In this document: positions 1 to 11,790 of the stretch, piece by piece
Layout: each line of letters begins with the position of its first letter
How positions within the stretch are numbered: position 1 is the stretch's first letter
Assembly: GCF_037042905.1 (NCBI RefSeq)
Contig: NC_087250.1
Coordinates: 1,798,001-1,862,000 of the forward strand
Reading direction: 5' to 3'
Source of the DNA: Lytechinus pictus
Taxonomy: Eukaryota
DNA length: 64,000 bases
Notes under the pieces: model-generated
Database searches by the model: none
Told to the model about the DNA's origin: nothing
The model's input: only the letters and a program-made list of their open reading frames with translations
Translations under genes and position numbers: made by a program

Positions 1-1111
1 ATACTTACAAGTTTGGGGTATAAAATCCCACAAAATAATACGGGCGTTCTTGGCAAAGTGCAGAGAAGTAAGAAAAAAAAATAGTTTTCGTGAATCAAAG
101 AAGAGGGAATGCAGATCAATTACAAACAAAAAAAGTCAATACAAATTTTCAAAAAGAAAATAGGCCTATTTGTTCTGTATTACTGGTCTGACCAAAGTAG
201 CCACCTGTTAACATTCTACGCGACTACATCCTTTTGTTCATGCCACCAAGTCATGAACAATAGATGCCCAGACTCTCTTTCATGAGGAATCTCTAATCCA
301 CGCTCCCTCCTGACCTATTATCTACATGATCTAGGAGAGTAATTTAGCACAGGATGTTCATAGAAATCGGGGCTTACGCGCGTCTTTTGATTTGACTTTT
401 GAATACTTTCAAAGGTTCCGGTATTGATTTCTTATGGGGGACCCAGGTAAAGAGAAAACAATTTGCCCCCTACAGAAAAATCCTGCATCCGCCCAGGGCC
501 TCCCCAGCTTGTAGCACTATCCGTGGTAAAAGAAATAATTTGTTCAGATAACAGTGTACAATAATATGCGTGGTATAAAGAAATGTAATATTCAACCCGT
601 TATCATCGTTATCATTTTCATTTCTACTCTCTAAAGTCGTTTTGAAATCCCCTTGATAGTGACGTCAATGATGCAGCAACTAACAGGTCGGTCTGATCGG
701 TTTTGTTAATGTATCCCTTTCTTTCTTTTCCTCAAAACATCTGATATTACTGTGTATACTCCGTTTACTTTTTCTCTGAACAATGGTTTGATTTAGCAAA
801 GGAAAAACATCCACCTTGAAAAAAATAAATCTTGAGACGAATAAAGCGGTATTATCGGCCGTTTTAATCATCACATTTTTTTTTTTGCTTCTTCCTATTT
901 TATTAGAGGAGAATATTGAACGATCCATATTTTTGTGAGAAGTTTGAATATGATATTGATAAGCATAACAAAGTCAATTATTCATTTTTTTAAATGGTTT
1001 GGGCTATAAAAACACAAACGAATATGAACCGTTATTTACCTGATCTTAAGTTTATGAAGAGAGAGTTTGGCTGCAGAAGGAATGCAATTGATATGATTAC
1101 AACAATTATTT

Positions 1112-1310
1112 TTGAATAATAATCATAATGATGATGATGATGATTCTGATGGCAATAACATTAATACTAATAAGAGAAAGGTGAAGGAGAAGAATAATGA
1201 TAATAATGATAATAATAATAACAATAACAATAATGATAATAATGATTACGATAATATTAATACTAATAATGATAATAATAATAGCAATAATAAATGAATA
1301 AATAAATAAT
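1112..1310. repeat. (AAT/GAT)n degenerate microsatellite
   Basis: Trinucleotide low-complexity run. Confidence 0.9.
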
Positions 1311-1974
1311 GAGTGTGATGATTGCAGTGCGACGAGAGTTGGAAATGACAGCCTTCTTTACTCATATATTTATAACGAGAACAATTTTGTGAGAATGCTA
1401 AAAAAACAAAGTATAAGACCTTTCCCCCCGCCCCCCCCCCCCCCCTCCCCCAAACCTTGCACATTTGCAGGCAGAAAAAAGCCTTGACACAAGAATACTA
1501 CCATACCGGCTACTGAAAATGAACAAAAGCTGTGGCAAAAATAGTCAATCCTGAATGGTTGCCAACCAAGGAAAGAAGAAGAAGAAGAAGAAGCAAAAGA
1601 CCCGATCGATAGCTCATGAATATTCATAAAAAATAGTGAATGGGCGAGTAGCGTTGGGTGAGAGACATCGTACCGCTCTGTCATTGGTCAATTCCGAGCT
1701 GAATGCCTTCGCACACTCGCCTTTGCTCTGCCCATAGAAGTACGTGAATTGCTACACACAACCTTTATATCACACGTGTCTATAGGGGAAATCTTGATTC
1801 AGATCGCGGCAATATCCGAAATCAACTCTTCAAAATAATGATGCAAAAATGCCATTTTACTCAAAAAATGCCTATGTAGACCACTATTATTTATATGACA
1901 AAATCAATTGTGAATTCCTTGCCAATATAACAACATAAAAAACACAGAATATGGTGTTGATTTTCTGGCTGTAA

Positions 1975-2070
1975 AATTGGTTAAACAAAAAAAAGTTACT
2001 TGGGCAACTATAGCTGCCAATGGCACTAGAGGCCTATGGGCAACTATAGCTGCCAACGGCTCTTAAAGAC
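1975..2070. mobile_element. End of a TTAA-targeting (piggyBac-like) element; probably extends leftward, possibly out of the window
   Basis: Ends ...CTCTTAAAGAC|TTAA at an LTR TTAA site; twin subterminal repeats TGGGCAACTATAGCTGCCAA. Other end not identified. Confidence 0.6.
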
Positions 2071-2636
2071 TTAATACATGATACACATCTGATGATATAA
2101 GAAACAAAACTCTAAGATGCCTACCCAAGGTCAGAAAAAGGTCAATCAACTGCTTCAAACTACAGGCTGCCACTACCAGTACAACAGACTGCAACCCACA
2201 GACTGCAACCCCTGGACTGCAAACTCCACAGCCACTGCAAGCCCCACAGTAGCTCACTACCAGCCACTGCCACCCACTGCCACAGGTAGACCCACTGCCT
2301 ATTGGACCAGCTGAAGTCCCAATTCTCCCAGCGAAGACATCTCCAACACACGTTTAAAACTTCTCGTGCTCTGCCTACAAACACGTCCGTGCACGTAGAT
2401 CTTCAAATGCCTTCTCCTAATCAAACCACACCCAAAGGGCTATCACACGTGAAACGGTACGAGTACGACCTAATTAAAGATGCATATATCAATGCGCTTC
2501 AAAAAAAGTAAATTCGGCCTAGTACGATTACGTAACCTAGCGTAAATATTCGAAACACCTGGTTCAGATACGCAGATCTCACCGCACAAATTAAATCCTT
2601 ATAAATTTCGCCTTCACAAAAGTCCATTTCCCGACA
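2071..2636 (-). repeat. 3' LTR of the Gypsy element (partial)
   Basis: Near-identical to 10114-10680; preceded by the purine tract AGCGGGGAAGA on the minus strand; similarity stops exactly at TTAA 2071-2074. Confidence 0.92.
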
Positions 2637-2647
2637 TCTTCCCCGCT
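2637..2647 (-). promoter_or_regulatory. Polypurine tract of the Gypsy element
   Basis: AGCGGGGAAGA directly abuts the TG start of the 3' LTR. Confidence 0.8.
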
Positions 2648-3250
2648 TGTTACGTTGTCGTCCCCGACAAACTATATCTATAATGATTAACCCCAAAAAT
2701 ATACTTGAATCATTATACACAAATCCATTGATTTTATCAATTCCAAAACAATTATAGCAGAATATCTATGAAATTTGATTTCACACCTTTTATAATATAT
2801 TTCAGAAACTGAACACTATATCCATTCTCTGTCAATATATAATATGACCCACAAAGAATTTCATATTTCATAGCTCAAAATAATTCAATCTTATACTCCT
2901 ATCCTATATATACATATATATGTCACAAACCGGTCTCTATCAATATATGGCAAAAAAAAAACAAATGTCACATTTCCAAAATATCAATCGTATACTACTG
3001 GAAAAGGAACCATGAGTAGCTGCACCAGCATCTTTGTAATGAAAAGATATTTGAATATACTGACAAACCACTTTTTCTCTAGAACAGGAAACAAAGTAAT
3101 GCCAAATTCGAAAATTCAATACTTTTCCCACTGTTGCTATTAACCTTCTTTTTTTTTAGAAAAATGAACCCCAAAACATTAATCATGTATTAAATCAAGT
3201 GCAAAGTATCTCCTTCCTCGCTTGTGTCATAGATAATCTGTACATTTACA

Positions 3251-6200
3251 TTAACAAGTGGGAAGGCCTGTGATGGAGGACGTGGGTAATCGAAAAGGAT
3301 TTCGATTGACACCCTTATTACTTCGCGCCGAACGTCGGACCGGGACTCTTACTTCGGGTTCCGGATTCCTCAGACCCTGTCTACTCGATAGATAGAGCCA
3401 ACCTGGGATATCTTCCTCATCATCACTGTCATCATTGCCGTCGTCATTTCGGTTCTCGATGTCGACATCATCAACGTTATCATCAACGTGACGACTAAGA
3501 TCACTCTCTGCTTCAACATTATCCTGAGGGTAAGGGAAAATCTGGTCTATCCCTCTATCTTCCTGACGAGGATCTTCAACTAGGCGACATCGATTTACCC
3601 ACTTAGCTTCTCCTCCAGTAACCGGGCGGATCTGGTAGACATCCTCTTATTTGTTCTTTGCAACAACGATGTAGGGTCTTTCATAGAACTTGTCTACAAG
3701 TTTATGTCTGCCTGTGAATGCATCACGATGGAGTAGCACCCTGTCGCCTATTCCCATGGCAGCAACAGATCCTCTCTCTTTCTTCTGTTGTCTCTTTTCC
3801 TCCTTCATGGCATCCTCTCTCTGCCTATCAGATACTTTCTGACAAGCCTGTTCTACTAATCTCTGCTGCTCTTGGCCATAATCATTCAAGTCTATGGGTG
3901 ACTTATTCAGAAGGTGATCGATGGGAAGAGTGGGAGTTCTGCCAAACATCAGGAAGTAGGGAGTAACTCGAGTTATCCTGTGCGGCGTTGTGTTATACAT
4001 GTGAACAACATGGTGAATCATCTCTGGCCATCGTCTTCTCTCTTTCGGATCCAAAGCCCGAAGCAACCCACACAAGGTTTTGTTAAAGCGTTCGCACTGC
4101 CCATTCCCGGATGGGTGATATGCCGTCGTACGGGACTTCTTGATCCCATACAGTCTGCAAAGGTCTAGTACCAGTGTACTCTCAAAACACCTTCCTTGGT
4201 CAGAATGGATCCTACCAGGGATTCCATAATGTGAAATCCAATGGTCACGTATTATCTTGGCCACCGTCTCTGAAGATTGGTCTCGACATGGTACAGCCTG
4301 TGAAGATTTGCTAAAAACATATGTTAGCACTAGTACATCTTCATATCCCCCGTGCCCTCTGTCTAGTTTCAGAAAATCCACCGCTATTACCTCTTGTGGG
4401 CGGAAAGCCATCAAATGTCTCTGAGGGGGGGGGGCGCACTGTTGGGGTAGGGGGCTTAGAAGTGACGCATCGAAAGCACTTCTTCACATACTCCTTCACA
4501 TGTTGAGCCATACCTGGCCAATAACATCTGTCTTTCAGCAAATTGAGTGTCCTCTCAACACATTGGTGACCCCACTGGTCATGAGTTAGGCTCAACATGG
4601 TCTCCTTCAATATCTGTGGTAGAAGCAGTTGTCGAATCTTCCCATAAATTGGGTCATCAACCTCTCGATAGAGTACACCTGAACATTCTGTGTAGTTCTT
4701 CCACTCCCTTAGCCAACTTCGCAGAGCGACACTGTTTGACTCTACCTCTTGACCAGGTATCCAGTTTATCTTCCAAAGATGCCTCACTCTTCTAAGACCA
4801 TCATCGTCCTCTTGCATTTTCACCAGTTCCTCATTGCTGTACGATGGGAGAACACTGGAAACAAGTCCTCCTCCATTGTCATGCTTTACTGTGTCCTCTT
4901 GCTGAACATCACACGGTAGCAAACTGGTTGAACCAGTAACTTCGTTCACCATGGCAGTTACTTCTTCACCTGACACGTCTAATACTCTACTCAAGGCGTC
5001 TGCACACCTATTCGATCGGCCTGGGCGGTACTTCACGTCAAGGTCAAAGGCAGCAAGCTGAGCCACCCATCTGGTTTCTGTCGCTCCTAACTTTGCACTT
5101 TTAAGGTGCACTAAGGGGTTATGATCAGTGAACACCTCACAGTGACGACCTTGGATGTATGGGCCAAACTTATTCACAACCGCCCATTTCAAAGCCAAGA
5201 GTTCCAACTTGAAACTCGAGAAATCGGGGTAATTTCTCTCTGCTCCTCGAAGAGTTCTACTTGCATACGCTATAGGGTGAAGTCTTCCATCCTTATCCTT
5301 CTGTGATAGGCATGCACCCAGTCCTTTCCCACAAGCATCTACTTCCAGGGTGAAGTCTTCATCCAAACGGGGATAGGACAATACTGGGGCCTTCGTCAAT
5401 AACTCCTTCAAAACCTTGAAAGAAGTCTCTTGATCATCGCCCCACTCAAACGATGACTTCTTGGTTTGCTTCTTCTTATCAGAAACCTTGTGTAGTGGTC
5501 CAGCCACATAAGCAAACTCCGGAATAAACCTCCTGTAATACGAAGCCAGCCCTAAGAAAGAGCTAACATCACGTCCGTTCTTGGGAGTAGGCCACTCCCT
5601 GATCCTCTTTATCTTGTCTTCATCGACAGCGATCCCGTCACTTGTCACCACGTGTCCCAGATACGTGACTTCCTGCCTGAGAAATGAACACTTCTTCCCT
5701 TTAACTCTCAAACCATTATTGTGAAGTCTGGTTAGCACTCTATCCAACCGAGCCAGATGCTCTTCAAGCGTCGAAGAAAAGATCAGGATATCATCCAGGT
5801 ACAAAATCACTTCAGTCAGATTCATATCCCCAAGAATGAATTCCATGGTTCTCTGAAAGGTTCCTGGACTATTGCACAGCCCCTGTGGCATCCGGAGGAA
5901 TTCATACAAGCCCCAAGGTACCCTGAATGCAGTCTTCTCGATAGACTGCGGGTCCATCACTACTTGGAAGTAGCCATGCGCAAGATCAAGGGTAGTGAAG
6001 TACTTTGCCCCAGTCAAAGCTTCCAAGGTCTCCTCTATTCTTGGCAATGGGAAGGAGTCTTTAACTGTCCTCGCATTCACCTGTCTGTAGTCGATACAAA
6101 GTCGATTAGACCCATCCTTTTTCTTCACAACGACAATAGGGCTTGCGTATGGGCTCTTCGATTGCCGGATAATCCCCTTATCCAACATCTCTTGTAGCAT

Positions 6201-9178
6201 CTCTTTAATATCACACGCCTGGTCTGGATGGAGTCTTCGATAAGGCAGTCTAATTGGCGGGCCATCACTCAGATTTATCTCATGTGGGACAATACTACAC
6301 TCCCCCAAGTCAAAGGGTCCTGCTGAAAATACATCAGTGTGCTTTGTCAAGAGTTCAGAGACTTTCTGCTTCTCATCAGCTGATAGTCCATCTAATTGCA
6401 CACCTAGGGGAAGGCAGGGATCACCACTGCGTGGGCTAACTCCATCTCCATCATCCTTACATGGCTCATGCTCGGTGACAACGTTGCACAGATAAACAAG
6501 TATGCTATCTGCTTGTACCACACTCAAGAGGGGGTGCCTTTCAACTAGGCGCTCCTTGTCCCTAATCTGGTCTAGGATATTACATCCTACAAGTATCGAG
6601 GTACGATTACTGTTCTCTCTGTCTTGAGTGATCAGGAAGCTACCAAGTACCATCCGTCCCTCCACCTCAACTGGCACTTCAATATAGCATTCCGTAACTG
6701 CGACTCCTCCGACGCCTACCACATTCAGGGAGAATGGCAATTGTCTCGGGCTTCCCAACTTGTCTTTGAGGTGGCTATGATAAACCGAAGAAGGAATTAC
6801 CGACGTCTCAGCACCACTATCCAAAACGCAGTCAAGCTCTTCTCCACATATCAGAATCTTCGTCCTTGGGCATGAAGAAATCAACCTGGCGTATAGACCC
6901 TCATCACTGCACGAAGTAGCACCCATGCTTGACTCTTGGATTGTACCCATGTTAACCCCTGGATGCTGGCTGTTGTTACGCTCTGACCTGACAGCTCGTC
7001 GGCCCTCTGGGCAGTCCTTCTTCATGTGTCCAGTCCCCTTGCAGCCGTAACACAAGGTAAGTTCTTGGCACTCTGATCGAGTGTGACCCTTCTTCCCACA
7101 ATTATAGCAGGTCTTGTCCCTTTTTGCTTTACTGCTACGACCAGTCCTCTGGTTGTTGTCCTTAGTCATGTGACTCACAACTTCAACTAGGCTCGAGACC
7201 TGGTGAGCCAACTTTGAAATATCACTTTTCAATAATTCCATCTCTGAAGGGCTAGGAATCTCCCTCTTTTCTGCCACTGCCTCCTTCACCAGCACAGCCT
7301 TACTGGCAAACGTTTCTTGTCCTTCGAAAAACTCTAGAACCTCCTCTCTCATTTCTAGAAATGTACTTCCTCTTGAGGCGAGTTTAATTCGTCGTACCTC
7401 TCTCTTCATCCAAGGCTCCCTAATGCCGTTCAAGAAGTTCTCTTTGAGCAAACCATCTTTAAGGAGTTCCAGTGCCTTCTTCTCCCCAGAACTGGCCGCT
7501 TGCTCCATTCTTGAGTGTAATCGCATTAAGACTCTACTGTATTCGGCGAGTGACTCCCCTTCTTGCTGTACCCTTGAGTGAAGAGCGGCACTCAGCGATT
7601 GCACGGACTCCGCCGCACAGTGGGCCGGGGTGAAACAAAAGTGCGCCAAAAGTCATTTTGGGCAGTTTCAGATTTTTATTTTTTGTCATGCCCAGCTGAA
7701 AGACAACACTTTGAAGAATGCTTCAGCAAAATATTTCACTCCGGAATTTGCATAAAGGTTGTTAATTTCCTACCTCAAATCGTAAAATGTGACATTTTGC
7801 GAAATGTCGCGTATATGACAACCTAGTCGAAAAACAGGCAATTCACAGGAAGTTTTTCGTGTAGGAATCTGAAATGGCTCCCACATAATCCTGATATATT
7901 CTTTTTTCGTGTGATAGGGTTCAAAGTAGATAAGAGACACCTTTTAGGAGGTTTATAGGATGATTATTCCTGGAAATAGGCTGAAAATCCATGTTTTTTG
8001 CATTTACATTAGAAACGTTTAGATTTCCGTGGATTTCCGTCTAATTTCTATCAGCATCATTTTTCCCGATGTCTAAGCTATAAGTCGATACCAAATTTAG
8101 CTGCCCGTTTTTGCCCGTTTTCATGTTAGAGCCGATTTTACTTGACACAACACCTCAAAAACCTGTTAAAAAACGGTCATTTTTATACCGCGCAGTCATC
8201 GTAGCGCACCGTATGGGTGTACATTGCCGTTCGCTTTTGCACGGCGAGGACGATTCCCCTTCCATTCCATGAAAATGACATGAATTCCGGGCATAATGTA
8301 AACAAAATAAAGGTTGCTAACACAAATAATGGCTATACCCACAACTCTTCCAGAGATAAAACTTACATGCAGAATAATTTCAGCCAAAAACACTCCTCAT
8401 GGTGATACATTCGTGGTGTTATATACTCTGCGTTTTACACAAGTCAACACAGCTTGATAAAGCACGGTTGATATTTTCAGATTTTAAAGTTTTGTTTTTA
8501 TAAATCTAATTAATGATCATTTTGATGCCATAAAATTATTTTCGGCACCTCATACACACTTTTTAGGCATGTGAGAAGCATAAACCAACATTCACTATGG
8601 TCAATCTTAAAGTAGCACATAACACAAAGGTTATATACTACATATTGTTTAGCGTAATTTGTCTTTTCACAGCTAGATTTTAAGAAGCCAATCAAAATTT
8701 GGTATCAAGGTGACGTCATATCGGCTTTAAATTATGTTCAGTCGTTTCTACGCCCAAAATTACCCATACTCAACATGTTAAAGTAAAAATCTAACACGGA
8801 ATATAATTTTGGCGCACTTTCAACTCATTCTGGCCCACTGTGCGCCGGACTGAAGAGCGACTTCAGGACAGTGACCAAAGAATCTTCGTTGCCTCGCACA
8901 CTGGAATTCCTACATAGCACATCTTCTTTGGCCGATCCAGTCAAATGTTCAACCAAAGCCTGGGCCTTGTTCGTGCCTTCTAGCTTGTACCTACGGCAGT
9001 AAATTTCAAACTCCTCGAGCCATTCGGTTAGGGAGGGCTCTCCTGGCCCCTTAGGCAGTCCTCTGAATTTCTGTAGCTTGACTGGTGGAGCTGGCGGAGC
9101 CTGCTGCACGGAAAGGCCTGTCAGAACACCGGTCAAGGCCTGCAGCATCTCGGACATCGACGCTTCTTCGCCGGGCAT
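3251..9178 (-). pseudogene. gag-pol: Gypsy gag-pol polyprotein (originally a single ORF of ~1560 aa), disrupted
   Basis: PNMA-like gag N-terminus (8843-9178); two CCHC knuckles (CYNCGKKGHTRSEC, CYGCKGTGHMKKDC); protease LDSGA; RT YLDD; RNase H; integrase HHCC and core (VDF..HSDQG..ERFN); C-terminal tail RRSARSNKG ending at TAA 3251. Lesions: Transib insertion 7616-8842, one extra base in the G run 4425-4434, in-frame stop at 3647-3649. Confidence 0.95.
7616..8842. mobile_element. Non-autonomous Transib (RAG-like) DNA transposon with RSS-like TIRs
   Basis: TIR CACAGTGGGCC-N11-AAAGTGCGCCAAAA at both ends; perfect 5-bp GC-rich TSD CGCCG (7611-7615, 8843-8847); removal restores the gag frame ...LFSPAESVQ... 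Confidence 0.92.
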
Positions 9179-9476
9179 CGTTACAAGGGCTAGATTGGTC
9201 TTATTCGGGAGAAAAGGTTAATATACTGTACTTAATATAACCACAAGTACATAGTATACATCAGTGACAACAATTAATTTTTAACCTTTACCACTCAATC
9301 TAAAGTTCGTTCTTGACTGGCAAGACTTGGTTGACTTCACTGCGAAGACTTGGTTGACTTCACTGCGAAGACTTGCTGACTTGACCTCTATTACGGCTTT
9401 TCGGTTGACTGGTTGACCATGGGGTTTTGTTCCTCGACTCCTGACGGTCATCGGCGAAGACTGCGCAGAACCAGTG

Positions 9477-9494
9477 ATCCCATCCTCGTCGCCA
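9477..9494 (-). promoter_or_regulatory. Primer binding site complementary to the tRNA-Ser(GCT) 3' end
   Basis: Minus strand TGGCGACGAGGATGGGAT = reverse complement of ...AUCCCAUCCUCGUCGCCA, the metazoan tRNA-Ser(GCU) 3' end as recalled. Confidence 0.85.
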
Positions 9495-9498
9495 AATC

Positions 9499-10680
9499 TG
9501 TCGTGGGTGGGGGTTGGACCTTGCTAAGGGACCGGACAGTTCAATAAAGAAACCGGGACACCAGATCTAGGGCAGTTTCATTTAATCGGCGTCATAGGAA
9601 ACATAAAAAAACCCTGTAAAGATACATAAACAAAAACCGCAATAAATTACATGTATCATATTACAGATTCAAATAATCAATGACAAAGTTCACATGTAAA
9701 CAGTTCCCATCTCATCACTTGATAGTTCTGTTATGCTTACAAAAATGAAACAGACTTCTTGTCATTAAAGTTTAACGCCTCGCTGCAAACAATCTTGAAT
9801 TTTACCAAGTTAAATTCAGTCGAAACTATTTCCCTTGTAAGAATTCAAAATAATTATGTTTTTACAACAACTTATTTTCTTGCCTACTGTAAATTCAGCA
9901 TAAGCCTATAAAATCCCTCTTTGTTTTAGTACAAAGCACCTCGAACAATATCTAGTATAATACCAATACCAGCTTATTCACTCAACTCTTGCATCTGTTC
10001 AATCTATTTCGTATAAGATTAATTAAACTGTCAAAACAAATCCTCTGTAACACCGTTTGACAATATTATAAGACATTATAAAATCATTAATGCAATCATC
10101 CTAATATCAGACATTAATACATGATACACATCTGATGATATAAGAAACAAAACTCTAAGATGCCTACCCAAGGTCAGAAAAAGGTCAATCAACTGCTTCA
10201 AACTACAGGCTGCCACTACCAGTACAACAGACTGCAACCCACAGACTGCAACCCCTGGACTGCAAACTCCACAGCCACTGCAAGCCCCACAGTAGCTCAC
10301 TACCAGCCACTGCCACCCACTGCCACAGGTAGACCCACTGCCTATTGGACCAGCTGAAGTCCCAATTCTCCCAGCGAAGAAATCTCCAACACACGTTTAA
10401 AACTTCTCGTGCTCTGCCTACAAACACGTCCGTGCACGTAGATCTTCAAATGCCTTCTCCTAATCAAACCACACCCAAAGGGCTATCACACGTGAAACGG
10501 TACGAGTACGACCTAATTAAAGATGCATATATCAATGCGCTTCAAAAAAAAGTAAATTCGGCCTAGTACGATTACGTAACCTAGCGTAAATATTCGAAAC
10601 ACCTGGTTCAGATACGCAGATCTCACCGCACAAATTAAATCCTGATAAATTTCGCCTTCACAAAAGTCCATTTCCCAACA
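9499..10680 (-). repeat. 5' LTR of the Gypsy element (~1.18 kb)
   Basis: TG...CA termini; followed on the minus strand by 4 nt and then the PBS; 10114-10680 duplicates 2071-2636. Confidence 0.92.
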
Positions 10681-11499
10681 TCTGTATACTTATGTTTTCT
10701 TTATGATATGAATTATATGTTTTTTTGGTATTAAAACCAGCGATTTTTAATGAACGTTTTAATTGTATATATTGTGTAATTTTACATATTTGTTTGCATA
10801 AAGCTGAACAGGCTACTCTGGATAAAGATTTGAAATAAATAAATAAATAAATAAATATATTTTTTTTCCAATTATCAACACTATAAACACAATTATCATA
10901 AATTCTTACAAATTGGTAGATTACGAGGTTATTCATAAAATCATATCACTGAATATATACGTACAAACTAACACCATTTTCGAACAATAATAAGCTTATT
11001 ACACCAATTCGAAAACAAGTATATACATGTTACCATAAACATATTAAGTGCAATTTGATGATAAGTGCCTAATTGTTCTATATACACTATATAAAATGCA
11101 ATCCAATACACAATTATCTTTTGTCTAAGCTCGGTATTATAAAGTCATGTGCACTTTGCCATGAATACGTATTATAATGTTAACACTATTATTGACCCTT
11201 CTTACGAATAACAAATTAGTATACTAGACACTGTATTCTGGACCGTCATCTACATCACTATCATTAACATGACCCTTATCGTCATCGTTATCATTATCAT
11301 TGTCACCATGTCACCATCTTGAGCAGTATAGTATCAGGAATATGAAGAAAAAGATAGGCCTAATTTTCAAAGAACAATCACTTGAGTCCCATTCATCAGA
11401 TAAATATAAACATTTCCCAAAATGTATTTTTATATTGTGTATGAAAAAAATTAACTAGTTTTCAGTTCGATTTAGCTATTGAACCATCAATCAAAGACG

Positions 11500-11733
11500 A
11501 ATTCTTATCATCAACATCAAAATAATAATAATAATCATCGTCATCATCATCATAATCATCAATCATTATCATCATCATCATCATCATCATCATAATCACC
11601 ATGATCATCGTCATAATCATAAAAATCATCATAAACATAATCATCATCATAATCATCATCATCATAATCACTAACATCATCACCATAATAATAATAATAA
11701 TCGTCATCATCGTCATCATCATCATCATCATCA
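11500..11733. repeat. (ATC)n microsatellite (continues at 14994-15016 beyond the LINE)
   Basis: Direct reading of the sequence. Confidence 0.92.
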
Positions 11734-11790
11734 TTTTTTTTTTTAAACCCACCATGGGCATTTATTATATACATAATTGAACATTCAAAA

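Larger units (their letters stand above)
2071..10680 (-). mobile_element. Ty3/Gypsy LTR retrotransposon (young, inactivated; 3' LTR truncated by a later insertion)
   Basis: 5' LTR at 9499-10680 (minus strand TGTTGGG...ACGACA). Matching 3' LTR portion at 2071-2636 with ~4 differences over ~565 bp. PBS at 9477-9494, PPT at 2637-2647. Domain order gag-PR-RT-RH-INT. Confidence 0.97.

Noticed and set aside
2117-2511. Short ORFs duplicated at 10160-10566
   Set aside because: They are repeated only because they lie in the LTRs; low-complexity CACTGC-type repeats with no recognisable domain.
4420-4440. Programmed ribosomal frameshift before the integrase core
   Set aside because: It falls within integrase in a C10 homopolymer, not at a gag-pol boundary; slippage mutation or sequencing error is simpler.
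7660-8800. Transposase or RAG1/RAG2 coding remnant inside the Transib
   Set aside because: Only short ORFs of 60-65 aa with no recognisable motifs; treated as non-autonomous. A TBLASTN against Transib/RAG1 would be needed to exclude decayed remnants.
11462-11774. Met/Ile-rich and Asp-rich ORFs
   Set aside because: Translations of the (ATC)n microsatellite.
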